Virus record (IMG/VR): IMGVR_UViG_2563366964_000009
Strand: one strand, 5' to 3'
DNA: 30,303 nucleotides
Source: a virus
Taxonomy: Duplodnaviria; Heunggongvirae; Uroviricota; Caudoviricetes
The notes beneath the pieces are model-generated. The model was not told where the DNA came from. It worked only from the letters and a program-made list of their open reading frames with translations, and searched no databases. Of this stretch, positions 7,809 through 17,691 are shown piece by piece; positions within the stretch are counted from its first letter, which is position 1; every line of letters starts with the position of its first letter. Both the position numbers and the translations under genes were made by a program.

Positions 7809-8843
7809 TCAGCCGTTGTCAGTGTCCAGTGAGTAGTTTTTAAATCGGATGACCTCCTGACCGAGCCAGCCGTTTATTTCGCGGATCCTGTCCTGTAACG
7901 GGATAAGCTCATTGCGGACAAAGACCTTTGCCACTTTCTCAATATCACCCAGCGACCCGACGTTCTCCGGCTTGCCCCCCATCAACTGAAAGGGGATGCG
8001 ATGCGCGTCCAGCAGGTCAGCGGCGCTGGCTTTTTTGATATTAAAAAAATCGTCCTTCGTTGCCACTTCACTGAGCGGGATAATTTTAATGCCGTCGGCT
8101 TTCCCCTGTGGGGCATAGAGAAACAGATTTTTAAAGTTATTGCGGCCTTTCGACTTAACCATGTTTTCGCGAAGCATTTCGATATCGTTGCGATCCTGCA
8201 CGGCATCGGTGACGTACATGATGTATCCGGCATGAGCGCCGTTTTCGTAATACTTGCGGCGGAACAGCGTGGCCGACTCATTCAGCCAGGCAGAGTTAAG
8301 GGCGCTGAGATATTCCGGCAGGCCGTACAGCTCCTGATTAATATCCGGCTCCAGCAGGTGAAACACGGAGCCGGGTGCGAAGGCTGTCGGCTCGTTGAAG
8401 GACGGCACCCACCAGTAAACATCCTCTTCCACACCACGGCGGGTATATTTTGCCGGTGAGGTTTCCAGTCTGATGACCTTACCGGTGGTGCTGTAACGCT
8501 TTTCCAGAAACGCATTACCGAACACCAGAAAATCCAGCACAAAGCGGCTGAAATCCTGTTGCGAAAGCCACGGATGCGGGATAAACGTTGAAGCCAGAAT
8601 ATTGCGTTTGACGTAAATCGGTGAGCTGTGATGCACGGCAGCACGCAGGCTTTTTGCCAGACCGGTAAAGCTGACCGGTGGCTCATACCATCTGCCGTTA
8701 CTGATGCACTCGACGTAATCCAGAATGTCACGGCGGTCGAGTACCGGCACCGGCTCACCAAAGGTGAATGCCTCCATTTTCGGGGCGCTGGCGGTCATTG
8801 TTTTTGCCGCAGGTTGCGGTGTTTTCCCTTTTTTCTTGCTCAT
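7809..8843 (-). CDS. Q: Portal protein
   Basis: 344 aa; N-terminus MSKKKGKTPQPAAK... and overall sequence resemble P2 gpQ as recalled; adjacent to cos and terminase. Confidence 0.95.
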   Translation of the reverse strand: MSKKKGKTPQPAAKTMTASAPKMEAFTFGEPVPVLDRRDILDYVECISNGRWYEPPVSFTGLAKSLRAAVHHSSPIYVKRNILASTFIPHPWLSQQDFSRFVLDFLVFGNAFLEKRYSTTGKVIRLETSPAKYTRRGVEEDVYWWVPSFNEPTAFAPGSVFHLLEPDINQELYGLPEYLSALNSAWLNESATLFRRKYYENGAHAGYIMYVTDAVQDRNDIEMLRENMVKSKGRNNFKNLFLYAPQGKADGIKIIPLSEVATKDDFFNIKKASAADLLDAHRIPFQLMGGKPENVGSLGDIEKVAKVFVRNELIPLQDRIREINGWLGQEVIRFKNYSLDTDNG

Positions 8844-10615
8844 CAGTAAAACTCCAGAATGGTGGATGTCAGCGGGGTACTGATACCGGCGGTGAGTGGC
8901 TCATTTAACAGGGCGTGCATGGTCGCCCAGGCGAGGTCGGCGTGGCTGGCTTCCTCGCTGCGGCTGGCCTCATAGGTGGCGCTGCGTCCGCTGCTGGTCA
9001 TGGTCTTGCGGATAGCCATAAACGAGCTGGTGATGTCGGTGGCGCTGACGTCATATTCCAGACAGCCACGGCGAATAACGTCTTTTGCCTTGAGCACCAT
9101 TGCGGTTTTCATTTCCGGCGTGTAGCGGATATCGCGCGCGGCGGGATAGAACGAGCGCACGAGCTGGAACACGCCGACACCGAGGCCGGTGGCATCAATG
9201 CCGATGTATTCGACGTTGTATTTTTCGGTGAGTTTGCGGATGGATTCCGCCTGGGTGGCAAAGTCCATGCCTTTCCACTGGTGACGCTCAAGTATTCTGA
9301 ATTTGCCACCGGCCACCACCGGCGGTGCCAGTACCACGCATCCGGCGCTGTCGCCACGGTGTGACGGGTCGTAACCAATCCATACCGGACGGGAGCCGAA
9401 CGGATTGGCGGCAAACGGCGCATAGTCTTCCCATTCTTCCAGCGTGTCGACCATGCAGCGTTGCAGCTCCTCGAACGGGAACACCGACGCCTTGTCGTCA
9501 ACAAATTCACACATGAACAGGTTTTTAAAATCGTCGGCGCTGTTTTCACGTTTGAGCTGCTCAATGTCGAACAGTGTGCAGCCACCTTTCAGGGCGTCCT
9601 CAATGGTGACAATCTGCCGCCACTGACCGTCCGCACAGAGAAGACCTCCGGCAAGGGCGTTATGACTGACGTCGATTTCCACGCGCTCGGCGGCGCTGGC
9701 GCGTCCCCGGTTGAACAGTTCACCCGACCAGAACGGATAGGCGTCGTGCGCCAGCGTGGACGGGGTGGAGAAATAGGTCGATCGCAGGTGACTCTGTGAG
9801 GCCATACCTGATGCCACCTTACGCAGCACCTGAAAATTCGGGATCCAGAAAATCTCGTCGACGTACAGGTCGCCGTTATGGCTCTGCGCGGTGTTGGAGT
9901 TGGTGCCGAGAAAAATCAGTTTTGCGCCGTTATTGCCCAGGACAATCGGGTCACCGGTCAGGTCAACATCAACCAGACGGGCAAAGGCGATGATGTATTC
10001 GCGGAACACATACGCCTGCGTTTTACTGGCCGACAGAAAAATCTGGTTATGACCGGTTTTCAGGGCGCGCAGCAGCGCCTCGCGGGAAAAATAAAACGTC
10101 GCGCCAATCTGGCGGGATTTCAGGATATCGCGGATGCGGTGCTCAAGCCCGGCGCGATACCAGTGCAACTGATAGTCGAAAGACTGCTCAAAGAAAATCT
10201 GCTCCAGCTTTTCGATGGCCTCGTCACTGAAAAAATTCTTTTTCGGTTTGCGCCGCCCGCCTTTGTTGCGGTTAGCGACGTTCGGATTAAGGTCTGCCTC
10301 GTTGCCGGTCTGGCTGTAGCGGTTGACCCGTGCCAGTCGTTCAATCTGGCGTCCGAGCAGGTCAATTTCCTTGAAGTCACCGCCGGTTTTCTGCGGTTTG
10401 ATGATGAGCTGGGTCAGCCGCGCTTCCAGACTCATTTCGACACGGCTGATGGGGGCAACGCTGTCCCAGCCGTCGCGCTGTTTCCAGCTCTGCACCGTCG
10501 GGCGTTTCATCTGCAACATGGCGGCAATCTGCGGCACGGAAAACCCCTGCCAGTACAGCAGCGCCGCCTGACGACGCGGGTCGTGTAAAAGAGTGGTGTC
10601 TGTGGTGATGGTCAT
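8843..10615 (-). CDS. P: Terminase large subunit (ATPase/nuclease)
   Basis: N-terminus MTITTDTTLLHDPRRQAALLYWQGFSVPQIAAMLQ resembles P2 gpP; the ORF-track start at 10645 is a TTG and the ATG at 10613-10615 is preferred; stop overlaps the Q start. Confidence 0.95.
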   Translation of the reverse strand: MTITTDTTLLHDPRRQAALLYWQGFSVPQIAAMLQMKRPTVQSWKQRDGWDSVAPISRVEMSLEARLTQLIIKPQKTGGDFKEIDLLGRQIERLARVNRYSQTGNEADLNPNVANRNKGGRRKPKKNFFSDEAIEKLEQIFFEQSFDYQLHWYRAGLEHRIRDILKSRQIGATFYFSREALLRALKTGHNQIFLSASKTQAYVFREYIIAFARLVDVDLTGDPIVLGNNGAKLIFLGTNSNTAQSHNGDLYVDEIFWIPNFQVLRKVASGMASQSHLRSTYFSTPSTLAHDAYPFWSGELFNRGRASAAERVEIDVSHNALAGGLLCADGQWRQIVTIEDALKGGCTLFDIEQLKRENSADDFKNLFMCEFVDDKASVFPFEELQRCMVDTLEEWEDYAPFAANPFGSRPVWIGYDPSHRGDSAGCVVLAPPVVAGGKFRILERHQWKGMDFATQAESIRKLTEKYNVEYIGIDATGLGVGVFQLVRSFYPAARDIRYTPEMKTAMVLKAKDVIRRGCLEYDVSATDITSSFMAIRKTMTSSGRSATYEASRSEEASHADLAWATMHALLNEPLTAGISTPLTSTILEFY

Positions 10616-10788
10616 GAATACCTCGCCGTGATGAATACACGGCAAGGCTACTGAGTCGCGCCCCGCGATTCGCTAAGGTGCTGTTGTGTCAGTGATAAGC
10701 CATCCGGGACTGATGGCGGAGGATGCGCATCGTCGGGAAACTGATGCCGACATGTGACTCCTCTAATCACTATTCAGGACTCCTGACA
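10616..10788. promoter_or_regulatory. Divergent late promoter region between P (minus) and O (plus)
   Basis: Divergent intergenic region at the position of the P2 late promoters; no clean TGT-N12-ACA Ogr-type dyad could be confirmed by eye. Confidence 0.35.
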
Positions 10789-11643
10789 ATGGCAAAAAAA
10801 GTCTCAAAATTCTTTCGTATCGGCGTTGAGGGTGACACCTGTGACGGGCGTGTCATCAGTGCGCAGGATATTCAGGAAATGGCCGAAACCTTTGACCCGC
10901 GAGTCTATGGTTGCCGCATTAACCTGGAACATCTGCGCGGCATCCTGCCTGACGGTATTTTTAAGCGTTATGGCGATGTGGCCGAACTGAAGGCCGAAAA
11001 GATTGACGATGATTCGGCGCTGAAAGGCAAATGGGCGCTGTTTGCGAAAATCACCCCGACCGATGACCTTATCGCGATGAACAAGGCCGCGCAGAAGGTC
11101 TACACCTCAATGGAAATTCAGCCGAACTTTGCCAACACCGGCAAATGTTATCTGGTGGGTCTGGCCGTCACCGATGACCCGGCAAGCCTCGGCACGGAAT
11201 ACCTGGAATTCTGCCGCACGGCAAAACACAACCCCCTGAACCGCTTCAAATTAAGCCCTGAAAACCTGATTTCAGTGGCAACGCCTGTTGAGCTGGAATT
11301 TGAAGACCTGCCTGAAACCGTGTTCACCGCCCTGACCGAAAAGGTGAAATCCATTTTTGGCCGCAAACAGGCCAGCGATGACGCCCGTCTGAATGACGTG
11401 CATGAAGCGGTGACCGCTGTTGCTGAACATGTGCAGGAAAAACTGAGCGCCACTGAGCAGCGCCTCTCTGAGATGGAAACCGCCTTTTCTGCACTTAAGC
11501 AGGAGGTGACTGACAGGGCGGATGAAACCAGCCAGGCATTCACCCGCCTGAAAAACAGTCTCGACCACACCGAAAGTCTGACCCAGCAGCGCCGCAGCAA
11601 GGCCACCGGTGGTGGCGGTGACGCCCTGATGACGAACTGCTGA
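10789..11643 (+). CDS. O: Capsid scaffolding protein
   Basis: 284 aa starting MAKKVSKFFRIGVEGDTCDGRVISAQDIQEM, resembling P2 gpO; AGGA SD upstream; the ORF-track start at 10723 is an upstream extension. Confidence 0.93.
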   Translation: MAKKVSKFFRIGVEGDTCDGRVISAQDIQEMAETFDPRVYGCRINLEHLRGILPDGIFKRYGDVAELKAEKIDDDSALKGKWALFAKITPTDDLIAMNKAAQKVYTSMEIQPNFANTGKCYLVGLAVTDDPASLGTEYLEFCRTAKHNPLNRFKLSPENLISVATPVELEFEDLPETVFTALTEKVKSIFGRKQASDDARLNDVHEAVTAVAEHVQEKLSATEQRLSEMETAFSALKQEVTDRADETSQAFTRLKNSLDHTESLTQQRRSKATGGGGDALMTNC

Positions 11644-11701
11644 CCGGCGTCAGTCAGTCCGGGAAAACCTTCACGATTAACTCTTAATTTCAGGAAAAAC
11701 T

Positions 11702-12775
11702 ATGCGCCAGGAAACCCGCTTTAAATTTAATGCTTACCTGTCCCGTGTTGCCGAACTGAACGGCATCGACGCCGGTGATGTGTCGAAAAAATTCACCGTT
11801 GAACCGTCGGTCACCCAGACCCTGATGAACACCATGCAGGAGTCCTCTGACTTTCTGACCCGCATCAACATTGTGCCGGTCAGCGAAATGAAAGGGGAAA
11901 AAATTGGCATCGGTGTCACCGGCTCCATCGCCAGCACCACCGACACCGCCGGTGGCACCGAGCGTCAGCCGAAGGACTTCTCGAAGCTGGCGTCAAACAA
12001 GTACGAATGCGACCAGATTAACTTCGATTTTTATATCCGCTACAAAACGCTGGACCTGTGGGCGCGTTATCAGGATTTCCAGCTCCGTGTCCGTAACGCC
12101 ATTATCAAACGCCAGTCCCTTGATTTAATCATGGCCGGTTTTAACGGCGTGAGGCGTGCCGAAACCTCTGACCGCAGCAGTAACCCGATGCTGCAGGATG
12201 TGGCGGTCGGCTGGCTGCAGAAATACCGCAATGAAGCCCCGGCGCGCGTGATGAGCAAGGTTACTGACGAGGAAGGTCACACCACCTCTGAGGTCATCCG
12301 CGTGGGTAAGGGCGGTGATTATGCCAGCCTCGATGCACTGGTGATGGATGCGACCAACAACCTGATTGAGCCGTGGTATCAGGAAGACCCTGACCTTGTG
12401 GTGATTGTGGGGCGTCAGCTACTGGCGGACAAGTATTTCCCCATCGTTAACAAGGAGCAGGACAACAGCGAAATGCTGGCCGCTGACGTCATCATCAGTC
12501 AGAAACGCATCGGTAACCTGCCGGCGGTACGCGTCCCGTACTTCCCGGCGGATGCGATGCTCATCACGAAGCTGGAAAACCTGTCCATCTACTACATGGA
12601 TGACAGCCATCGCCGCGTGATTGAGGAAAACCCGAAACTCGACCGCGTGGAGAACTACGAGTCAATGAACATTGATTACGTGGTGGAAGACTACGCCGCC
12701 GGTTGTCTGGTGGAAAAAATTAAGGTCGGTGATTTCTCCACACTGGCTAAAGCGACCGCAGAGCCGGGAGCGTAA
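11702..12775 (+). CDS. N: Major capsid protein
   Basis: 357 aa with high similarity to P2 gpN as recalled (MRQETRFKFNAYLSRVAELNGIDAG...). Confidence 0.95.
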   Translation: MRQETRFKFNAYLSRVAELNGIDAGDVSKKFTVEPSVTQTLMNTMQESSDFLTRINIVPVSEMKGEKIGIGVTGSIASTTDTAGGTERQPKDFSKLASNKYECDQINFDFYIRYKTLDLWARYQDFQLRVRNAIIKRQSLDLIMAGFNGVRRAETSDRSSNPMLQDVAVGWLQKYRNEAPARVMSKVTDEEGHTTSEVIRVGKGGDYASLDALVMDATNNLIEPWYQEDPDLVVIVGRQLLADKYFPIVNKEQDNSEMLAADVIISQKRIGNLPAVRVPYFPADAMLITKLENLSIYYMDDSHRRVIEENPKLDRVENYESMNIDYVVEDYAAGCLVEKIKVGDFSTLAKATAEPGA

Positions 12776-12778
12776 CCG

Positions 12779-13522
12779 ATGACGAGTCCCGCACAGCGCC
12801 ACATGATGCGGGTCTCGGCAGCGATGACCGCGCAGCGGGAAGCCGCCCCGCTGCGACATGCAACTGTCTATGAGCAGATGCTGGTTAAGCTCGCCGCAGA
12901 CCAGCGCACACTGAAAGCGATTTATTCAAAAGAGCTGAAGGCCGCGAAAAAACGCGAACTGCTGCCGTTCTGGTTGCCGTGGGTGAACGGCGTGCTGGAG
13001 CAGGGCAAAGGTGCACAGGATGACATTCTGATGACGGTCATGCTGTGGCGTCTGGATACCGGCGATATTGCCGGTGCGCTGGAGATTGCCCGTTATGCCC
13101 TGAAGTACGGTCTGACCATGCCGGGTAAACACCGCCGTACCCCGCCGTACATGTTCACCGAGGAGGTAGCGCTTGCGGCCATGCGCGCTCACGCTGCCGG
13201 TGAGTCTGTGGATACCCGCCTGCTGACGGAGACCCTTGAACTGACCGCCACGGCTGACATGCCTGATGAAGTGCGCGCAAAGCTGCACAAAATTACCGGT
13301 CTGTTTCTGCGTGACGGTGGTGATGCCGCCGGTGCGCTGGCGCACCTGCAACGTGCGACACAGCTCGACTGTCAGGCAGGCGTCAAAAAAGAGATTGAAC
13401 GACTGGAGCGGGAACTGAAACCGAAGCCGGAGCCGCAGCCAAAAGCGGCCACCCGCGCCCCGCGTAAGACCCGGAGCGTGGCACCGGCAAAACGTGGACG
13501 CCCGAAAAAGAAAGCCAGTTAA
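12779..13522 (+). CDS. M: Terminase small subunit
   Basis: 247 aa with a basic, proline-rich C-terminal tail (RGRPKKKAS); conserved position after N. Confidence 0.93.
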   Translation: MTSPAQRHMMRVSAAMTAQREAAPLRHATVYEQMLVKLAADQRTLKAIYSKELKAAKKRELLPFWLPWVNGVLEQGKGAQDDILMTVMLWRLDTGDIAGALEIARYALKYGLTMPGKHRRTPPYMFTEEVALAAMRAHAAGESVDTRLLTETLELTATADMPDEVRAKLHKITGLFLRDGGDAAGALAHLQRATQLDCQAGVKKEIERLERELKPKPEPQPKAATRAPRKTRSVAPAKRGRPKKKAS

Positions 13523-13621
13523 CAACCGAATGCGCCCCGCGCCAGGGCGGCACGCCGGTCAGTGAGGGTGAATCACCTGACACTGCACCGGCGTCCACCG
13601 CCCGACTTTTCAGAGGTAGTC

Positions 13622-14131
13622 ATGATGACGCTGATTATTCCGCGAAAGGAGGCTCCCGTGTCCGGTGAGGGTACGGTGGTCATCCCGCAACCGGCAGGCG
13701 ACGAGCCGGTGATTAAAAACACGTTCTTTTTCCCCGATATCGACCCGAAGCGCGTCCGGGAACGTATGCGCCTTGAGCAGACCGTCGCCCCCGCTCGTCT
13801 GCGTGAGGCCATCAAGTCAGGCATGGCGGAGACGAATGCGGAGCTGTACGAGTACCGCGAACAGAAAATTGCCGCCGGTTTTACGCGTCTGGCGGACGTC
13901 CCGGCGGACGATATCGACGGTGAAAGCATCAAAGTTTTTTACTACGAGCGAGCCGTGTGTGCGATGGCGACCGCGTCGCTTTATGAGCGTTATCGCGGCG
14001 TGGATGCCAGTGCGAAAGGCGACAAGAAGGCTGACAGCATTGACAGCACCATTGATGAACTGTGGCGGGATATGCGCTGGGCGGTGGCGCGTATCCAGGA
14101 CAAGCCGCGCTGCATCGTGAGTCAAATCTGA
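13622..14131 (+). CDS. L: Head completion/stabilisation protein
   Basis: Start at MMTLIIPRKEAPVSGEGTVV (the ORF-track start at 13562 is a GTG extension); stop overlaps the X start. Confidence 0.9.
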   Translation: MMTLIIPRKEAPVSGEGTVVIPQPAGDEPVIKNTFFFPDIDPKRVRERMRLEQTVAPARLREAIKSGMAETNAELYEYREQKIAAGFTRLADVPADDIDGESIKVFYYERAVCAMATASLYERYRGVDASAKGDKKADSIDSTIDELWRDMRWAVARIQDKPRCIVSQI

Positions 14132-14334
14132 TGAAGACCTTTGCGCTACAGGGCGACACGCTCGACGCCATTTGTGTCCGGTATTACGGGCGCACTGAGG
14201 GCGTGGTTGAGACCGTGCTCGCCGCAAATCCGGGACTGGCTGAACTGGGTGCGGTGCTGCCGCACGGCACCGCCGTCGAACTGCCCGACGTTCAGACCGC
14301 GCCCGTGGCTGAAACTGTCAATCTGTGGGAGTAA
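14131..14334 (+). CDS. X: Tail protein X (small LysM-like protein)
   Basis: 67-aa protein MKTFALQGDTLDAICVRYYGRTEGVVETVLAANPGLAELG...; start overlaps the L stop (TGATG). Confidence 0.85.
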   Translation: MKTFALQGDTLDAICVRYYGRTEGVVETVLAANPGLAELGAVLPHGTAVELPDVQTAPVAETVNLWE

Positions 14335-14337
14335 CGC

Positions 14338-14619
14338 ATGACAGCAGAAGAAAAAAGCGTCCTGTCGCTTTTCATGATTGGGGTGCTGATTGTTGTCGGC
14401 AAGGTGCTTGCCGGTGGTGAACCCATCACCCCGCGTCTGTTTATCGGGCGCATGTTGCTCGGTGGTTTTGTCTCGATGGTTGCCGGTGTTGTTCTGGTGC
14501 AGTTTCCTGACCTGTCACTGCCTGCGGTGTGCGGCATCGGCTCCATGCTGGGTATCGCCGGTTATCAGGTGATTGAGATTGCCATTCAGCGCCGTTTTAA
14601 GGGCAGGGGGAAACCGTAA
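14338..14619 (+). CDS. Y: Holin
   Basis: 93 aa with hydrophobic helices and a charged C-terminal tail; first gene of the lysis cassette as in P2. Confidence 0.85.
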   Translation: MTAEEKSVLSLFMIGVLIVVGKVLAGGEPITPRLFIGRMLLGGFVSMVAGVVLVQFPDLSLPAVCGIGSMLGIAGYQVIEIAIQRRFKGRGKP

Positions 14620-15116
14620 TGCCGGTAATTAACACGCATCAGAATATCGCCGCCTTTCTCGACATGCTGGCCGTGTCCGAAGGGACGGCAAACCATCCGC
14701 TGACGAAAAACCGGGGCTATGACGTGATAGTCACCGGACTGGACGGAAAACCGGAAATTTTCACCGACTACAGTGACCACCCGTTCGCGCATGGCCGACC
14801 GGCGAAGGTGTTTAACCGTCGCGGTGAAAAATCCACGGCCTCCGGTCGCTATCAGCAGCTTTACCTGTTCTGGCCGCATTACCGCAAACAGCTTGCCCTG
14901 CCGGATTTCAGTCCGTTGTCACAGGACAGACTTGCCATTCAGTTGATCCGCGAACGCGGTGCACTGGATGACATCCGGGCGGGACGCATTGAGCGCGCCA
15001 TTTCACGCTGTCGCAATATCTGGGCGTCCCTGCCGGGTGCCGGTTACGGTCAGCGTGAGCATTCACTGGAAAAACTGGTCACCGTCTGGCGTACCGCTGG
15101 CGGCGTACCGGCTTAA
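14619..15116 (+). CDS. K: Endolysin (lysozyme/transglycosylase family)
   Basis: 165 aa; start overlaps the Y stop; position and sequence consistent with P2 gpK. Confidence 0.9.
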   Translation: MPVINTHQNIAAFLDMLAVSEGTANHPLTKNRGYDVIVTGLDGKPEIFTDYSDHPFAHGRPAKVFNRRGEKSTASGRYQQLYLFWPHYRKQLALPDFSPLSQDRLAIQLIRERGALDDIRAGRIERAISRCRNIWASLPGAGYGQREHSLEKLVTVWRTAGGVPA

Positions 15117-15130
15117 ACGGAGTAAACACC

Positions 15131-15556
15131 ATGAAGAAATTATCCCTTTCACTGATGCTGAACGTGTCGCTGGCGCTGATGCTGGCACTGTCCCTGATTT
15201 ACCCGCAGAGCGTGGCCGTCAATTTTGTCGCCGCCTGGGCGATTCTGGCGACGGTTATCTGTGTGGTTGCCGGTGGTGTCGGCGTGTATGCCACTGAGTA
15301 TGTGCTGGAACGCTACGGGCGGGAGCTGCCGCCGGAATCGCTGGCCGTGAAGATTGTCACGGCGCTGTTTTTGCAGCCGGTGCCGTGGCGCAGACGGGCG
15401 GCGGCTCTGGTGGTGATGGTGGCGACGTTTATCGCGCTGGTCGCTGCCGGGTGGATTTTTACCGCGCTGATTTATCTCGTGGCGTCGCTGTTTTTCCGGC
15501 TGATACGCACGGCCTGCCGTCAGCGTCTTGAGGGGCGGGAACTATGTCAAAGCTGA
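15131..15556 (+). CDS. lysA: Lysis timing membrane protein LysA
   Basis: 141 aa, strongly hydrophobic with multiple predicted TM segments; P2 lysA position. Confidence 0.8.
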   Translation: MKKLSLSLMLNVSLALMLALSLIYPQSVAVNFVAAWAILATVICVVAGGVGVYATEYVLERYGRELPPESLAVKIVTALFLQPVPWRRRAAALVVMVATFIALVAAGWIFTALIYLVASLFFRLIRTACRQRLEGRELCQS

Positions 15557-15969
15557 TGATTGCACTGGTCGTGTTGTTATCGCTGGCGGTGGCGGGGCTG
15601 TTTCTGGCGAAGCATGAAAACGCCAGACTGCGCGCCTCACTGGACAGGGCGAACAACGTCGCCAGCGGGCAGCAGACGACCATCACCATGCTGAAAAACC
15701 AGCTTCATGTTGCCCTTACCAGGGCAGACAAAAACGAGCTGGCGCAGGTGGCACTGCGTCAGGAACTGGAGAACGCCGCGAAGCGTGAAGCACAGCGCGA
15801 GAAAACCATCACGAGGTTACTGAATGAAAACGAAGATTTTCGCCGCTGGTACGGCGCTGGCCTGCCTGATGCTGTGCGCCGGTTGCACCAGCGCCCGGCC
15901 TGCACCGACGCCAGTGATTGTCGCCAACGCCTGCCCGAAAGTGAGCCTTTGCCCGATGCCGGGCAGTGA
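15544..15969 (+). CDS. lysB: Rz-like inner-membrane spanin LysB
   Basis: 141 aa with an N-terminal TM anchor (MSKLMIALVVLLSLAVAGLFLA) and a coiled-coil-like periplasmic domain. Confidence 0.8.
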   Translation: MSKLMIALVVLLSLAVAGLFLAKHENARLRASLDRANNVASGQQTTITMLKNQLHVALTRADKNELAQVALRQELENAAKREAQREKTITRLLNENEDFRRWYGAGLPDAVRRLHQRPACTDASDCRQRLPESEPLPDAGQ

Positions 15970-16114
15970 CCCGGAGACGAACGGCGATTTAAGTGCCGAT
16001 ATCCGACAGCTTGAGAACGCGCTGGCACGCTGTGCCAGCCAGGTAAAAATGATTAAACACTGTCAGGACGAAAACGATGCTCAAACCCGACAGCCTGCGC
16101 AGGGCGCTGACTGA
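15824..16114 (+). CDS. lysC: Rz1-like outer-membrane lipoprotein spanin LysC, starting out of frame inside lysB
   Basis: 96 aa with a lipoprotein signal peptide and lipobox (LMLCAGC); begins in a different frame within lysB and extends past it, overlapping the R start. Confidence 0.75.
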   Translation: MKTKIFAAGTALACLMLCAGCTSARPAPTPVIVANACPKVSLCPMPGSDPETNGDLSADIRQLENALARCASQVKMIKHCQDENDAQTRQPAQGAD

Positions 16115-16544
16115 TGCCGTCACGGTGCTGAAAACCAGTCCCGAGATGCTGCGGATATTCGTTGATAACGGGAGTATTGCCTCCACGCTGGCGACGTCGT
16201 TGTCATTCGAAAAGCGTTACACGCTCAATGTGATTGTGACCGACTTTACCGGTGATTTTGACCTGCTCATCGTGCCGGTGCTGGCGTGGCTGCGGGAAAA
16301 TCAGCCCGACATCATGACCACCGACGAAGGCCAGAAAAAAGGTTTCACGTTTTATGCAGACATCAACAATGACAGCAGCTTTGATATCAGCATCAGCCTG
16401 ATGCTGACCGAGCGCACGCTGGTCAGTGAGGTGGACGGCGCGCTGCATGTGAAGAATATCCCGGAACCTCCGCCGCCGGAGCCGGTCACCCGCCCGGTGG
16501 AGCTTTATATCAATGGCGAACTGGTGAGCAAGTGGGATGAATGA
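16077..16544 (+). CDS. R: Tail completion protein R
   Basis: 155 aa at the conserved position; stop overlaps the S start. Confidence 0.9.
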   Translation: MLKPDSLRRALTDAVTVLKTSPEMLRIFVDNGSIASTLATSLSFEKRYTLNVIVTDFTGDFDLLIVPVLAWLRENQPDIMTTDEGQKKGFTFYADINNDSSFDISISLMLTERTLVSEVDGALHVKNIPEPPPPEPVTRPVELYINGELVSKWDE

Positions 16545-16989
16545 GTTTAAGCGTTTTGAAGACCGGCTGACCGGACTTATTGAATCGCTGTCACCGTCAG
16601 GGCGTCGGCGACTGAGCGCCGAACTGGCGAAACGTCTGCGGCAGAGTCAGCAGCGCCGGGTGATGGCACAGAAAGCCCCGGACGGCACACCCTACGCACC
16701 ACGCCAGCAGCAGAGCGCCAGAAAAAAGACCGGTCGCGTTAAGCGAAAAATGTTTGCGAAACTTATCACCAGTCGTTTTTTGCATATCCGCGCCAGCCCT
16801 GAACAGGCATCAATGGAGTTTTACGGCGGGAAGTCACCGAAAATAGCCAGTGTGCATCAGTTCGGTCTGTCGGAAGAAACCCGGAAAGACGGTAAGAAAA
16901 TTGATTATCCGGCGCGTCCTCTGCTCGGCTTTACCGGTGAGGATGTGCAGATGATTGAAGAGATTATCCTGGCGCACCTCGACCGTTAG
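16537..16989 (+). CDS. S: Tail completion protein S
   Basis: 150-aa ORF with conserved synteny. Confidence 0.9.
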   Translation: MNEFKRFEDRLTGLIESLSPSGRRRLSAELAKRLRQSQQRRVMAQKAPDGTPYAPRQQQSARKKTGRVKRKMFAKLITSRFLHIRASPEQASMEFYGGKSPKIASVHQFGLSEETRKDGKKIDYPARPLLGFTGEDVQMIEEIILAHLDR

Positions 16990-17055
16990 TTGTGCCATTC
17001 CCGACACCTCATCGTCACATTGCCGCCGGTATGACCCGGCGGCATCCTTCCCGTT

Positions 17056-17691
17056 ATGAACACTCTCGCAAATATTCAGGAACTCGCGCGCGCACTGCGC
17101 AACATGATTCGCACCGGCCTTGTCGTCGAAACCGACCTTAACGCCGGTCGCTGCCGTGTGCAGACCGGCGGCATGTGTACCGACTGGCTTCAGTGGCTGA
17201 CCTGTCGTGCCGGGCGTTCGCGCACATGGTGGGCACCTTCCGTGGGGGAGCAGGTGCTGATTCTGGCCGTGGGCGGTGAACTTGACACGGCGTTTGTTCT
17301 GCCGGGGATTTATTCCGGCGATAACCCCGCGCCGTCTGCGTCGGCGGATGCCCTGCATATCCGTTTCCCTGACGGGGCGGTGATTGAGTATGAACCCGAA
17401 ACCAGTGCACTCACGGTAAGCGGAATTAAAACGGCCAGCGTGACGGCTTCTGATTCTGTTACCGCCACGGTGCCGGTGGTCATGGTGAAAGCATCAACCC
17501 GCGTCACCCTGGACACACCGGAGGTGGTCTGCACCAACAGGCTGATTACCGGCACGCTGGAAGTACAGAAGGGCGGGACGATGCGCGGCAACATTGAACA
17601 CACCGGCGGTGAACTCTCATCAAACGGTAAGGTACTGCATACCCATAAACACCCCGGCGACAGCGGCGGCACAACCGGGAGCCCTCTATGA
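17056..17691 (+). CDS. V: Baseplate spike/assembly protein V
   Basis: 211 aa resembling P2 gpV. Confidence 0.92.
   Translation: MNTLANIQELARALRNMIRTGLVVETDLNAGRCRVQTGGMCTDWLQWLTCRAGRSRTWWAPSVGEQVLILAVGGELDTAFVLPGIYSGDNPAPSASADALHIRFPDGAVIEYEPETSALTVSGIKTASVTASDSVTATVPVVMVKASTRVTLDTPEVVCTNRLITGTLEVQKGGTMRGNIEHTGGELSSNGKVLHTHKHPGDSGGTTGSPL

Noticed and set aside
7982-10640. Multiple antisense and alternative-frame ORFs inside Q and P (for example 8001-8459, 8282-8761, 8915-9364, 9109-9585, 9878-10588, 10377-10640)
   Set aside because: All lie within strongly supported portal and terminase genes; high GC gives long stop-free shadow frames; the translations are Arg/Ala/Ser-rich and low-complexity.
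10616-10788. Attempt to pinpoint Ogr-dependent late promoter dyads (TGT-N12-ACA) in the P/O intergenic region, upstream of V, and upstream of FI
   Set aside because: No clean match could be found by eye. The region is reported only as a low-confidence regulatory region, without specific promoter coordinates.
11148-14227. Antisense and alternative-frame ORFs inside O, N, M and L (for example 11148-11606, 12926-13525, 13573-13932, 13817-14227)
   Set aside because: Shadow ORFs within conserved head genes; no independent signals.
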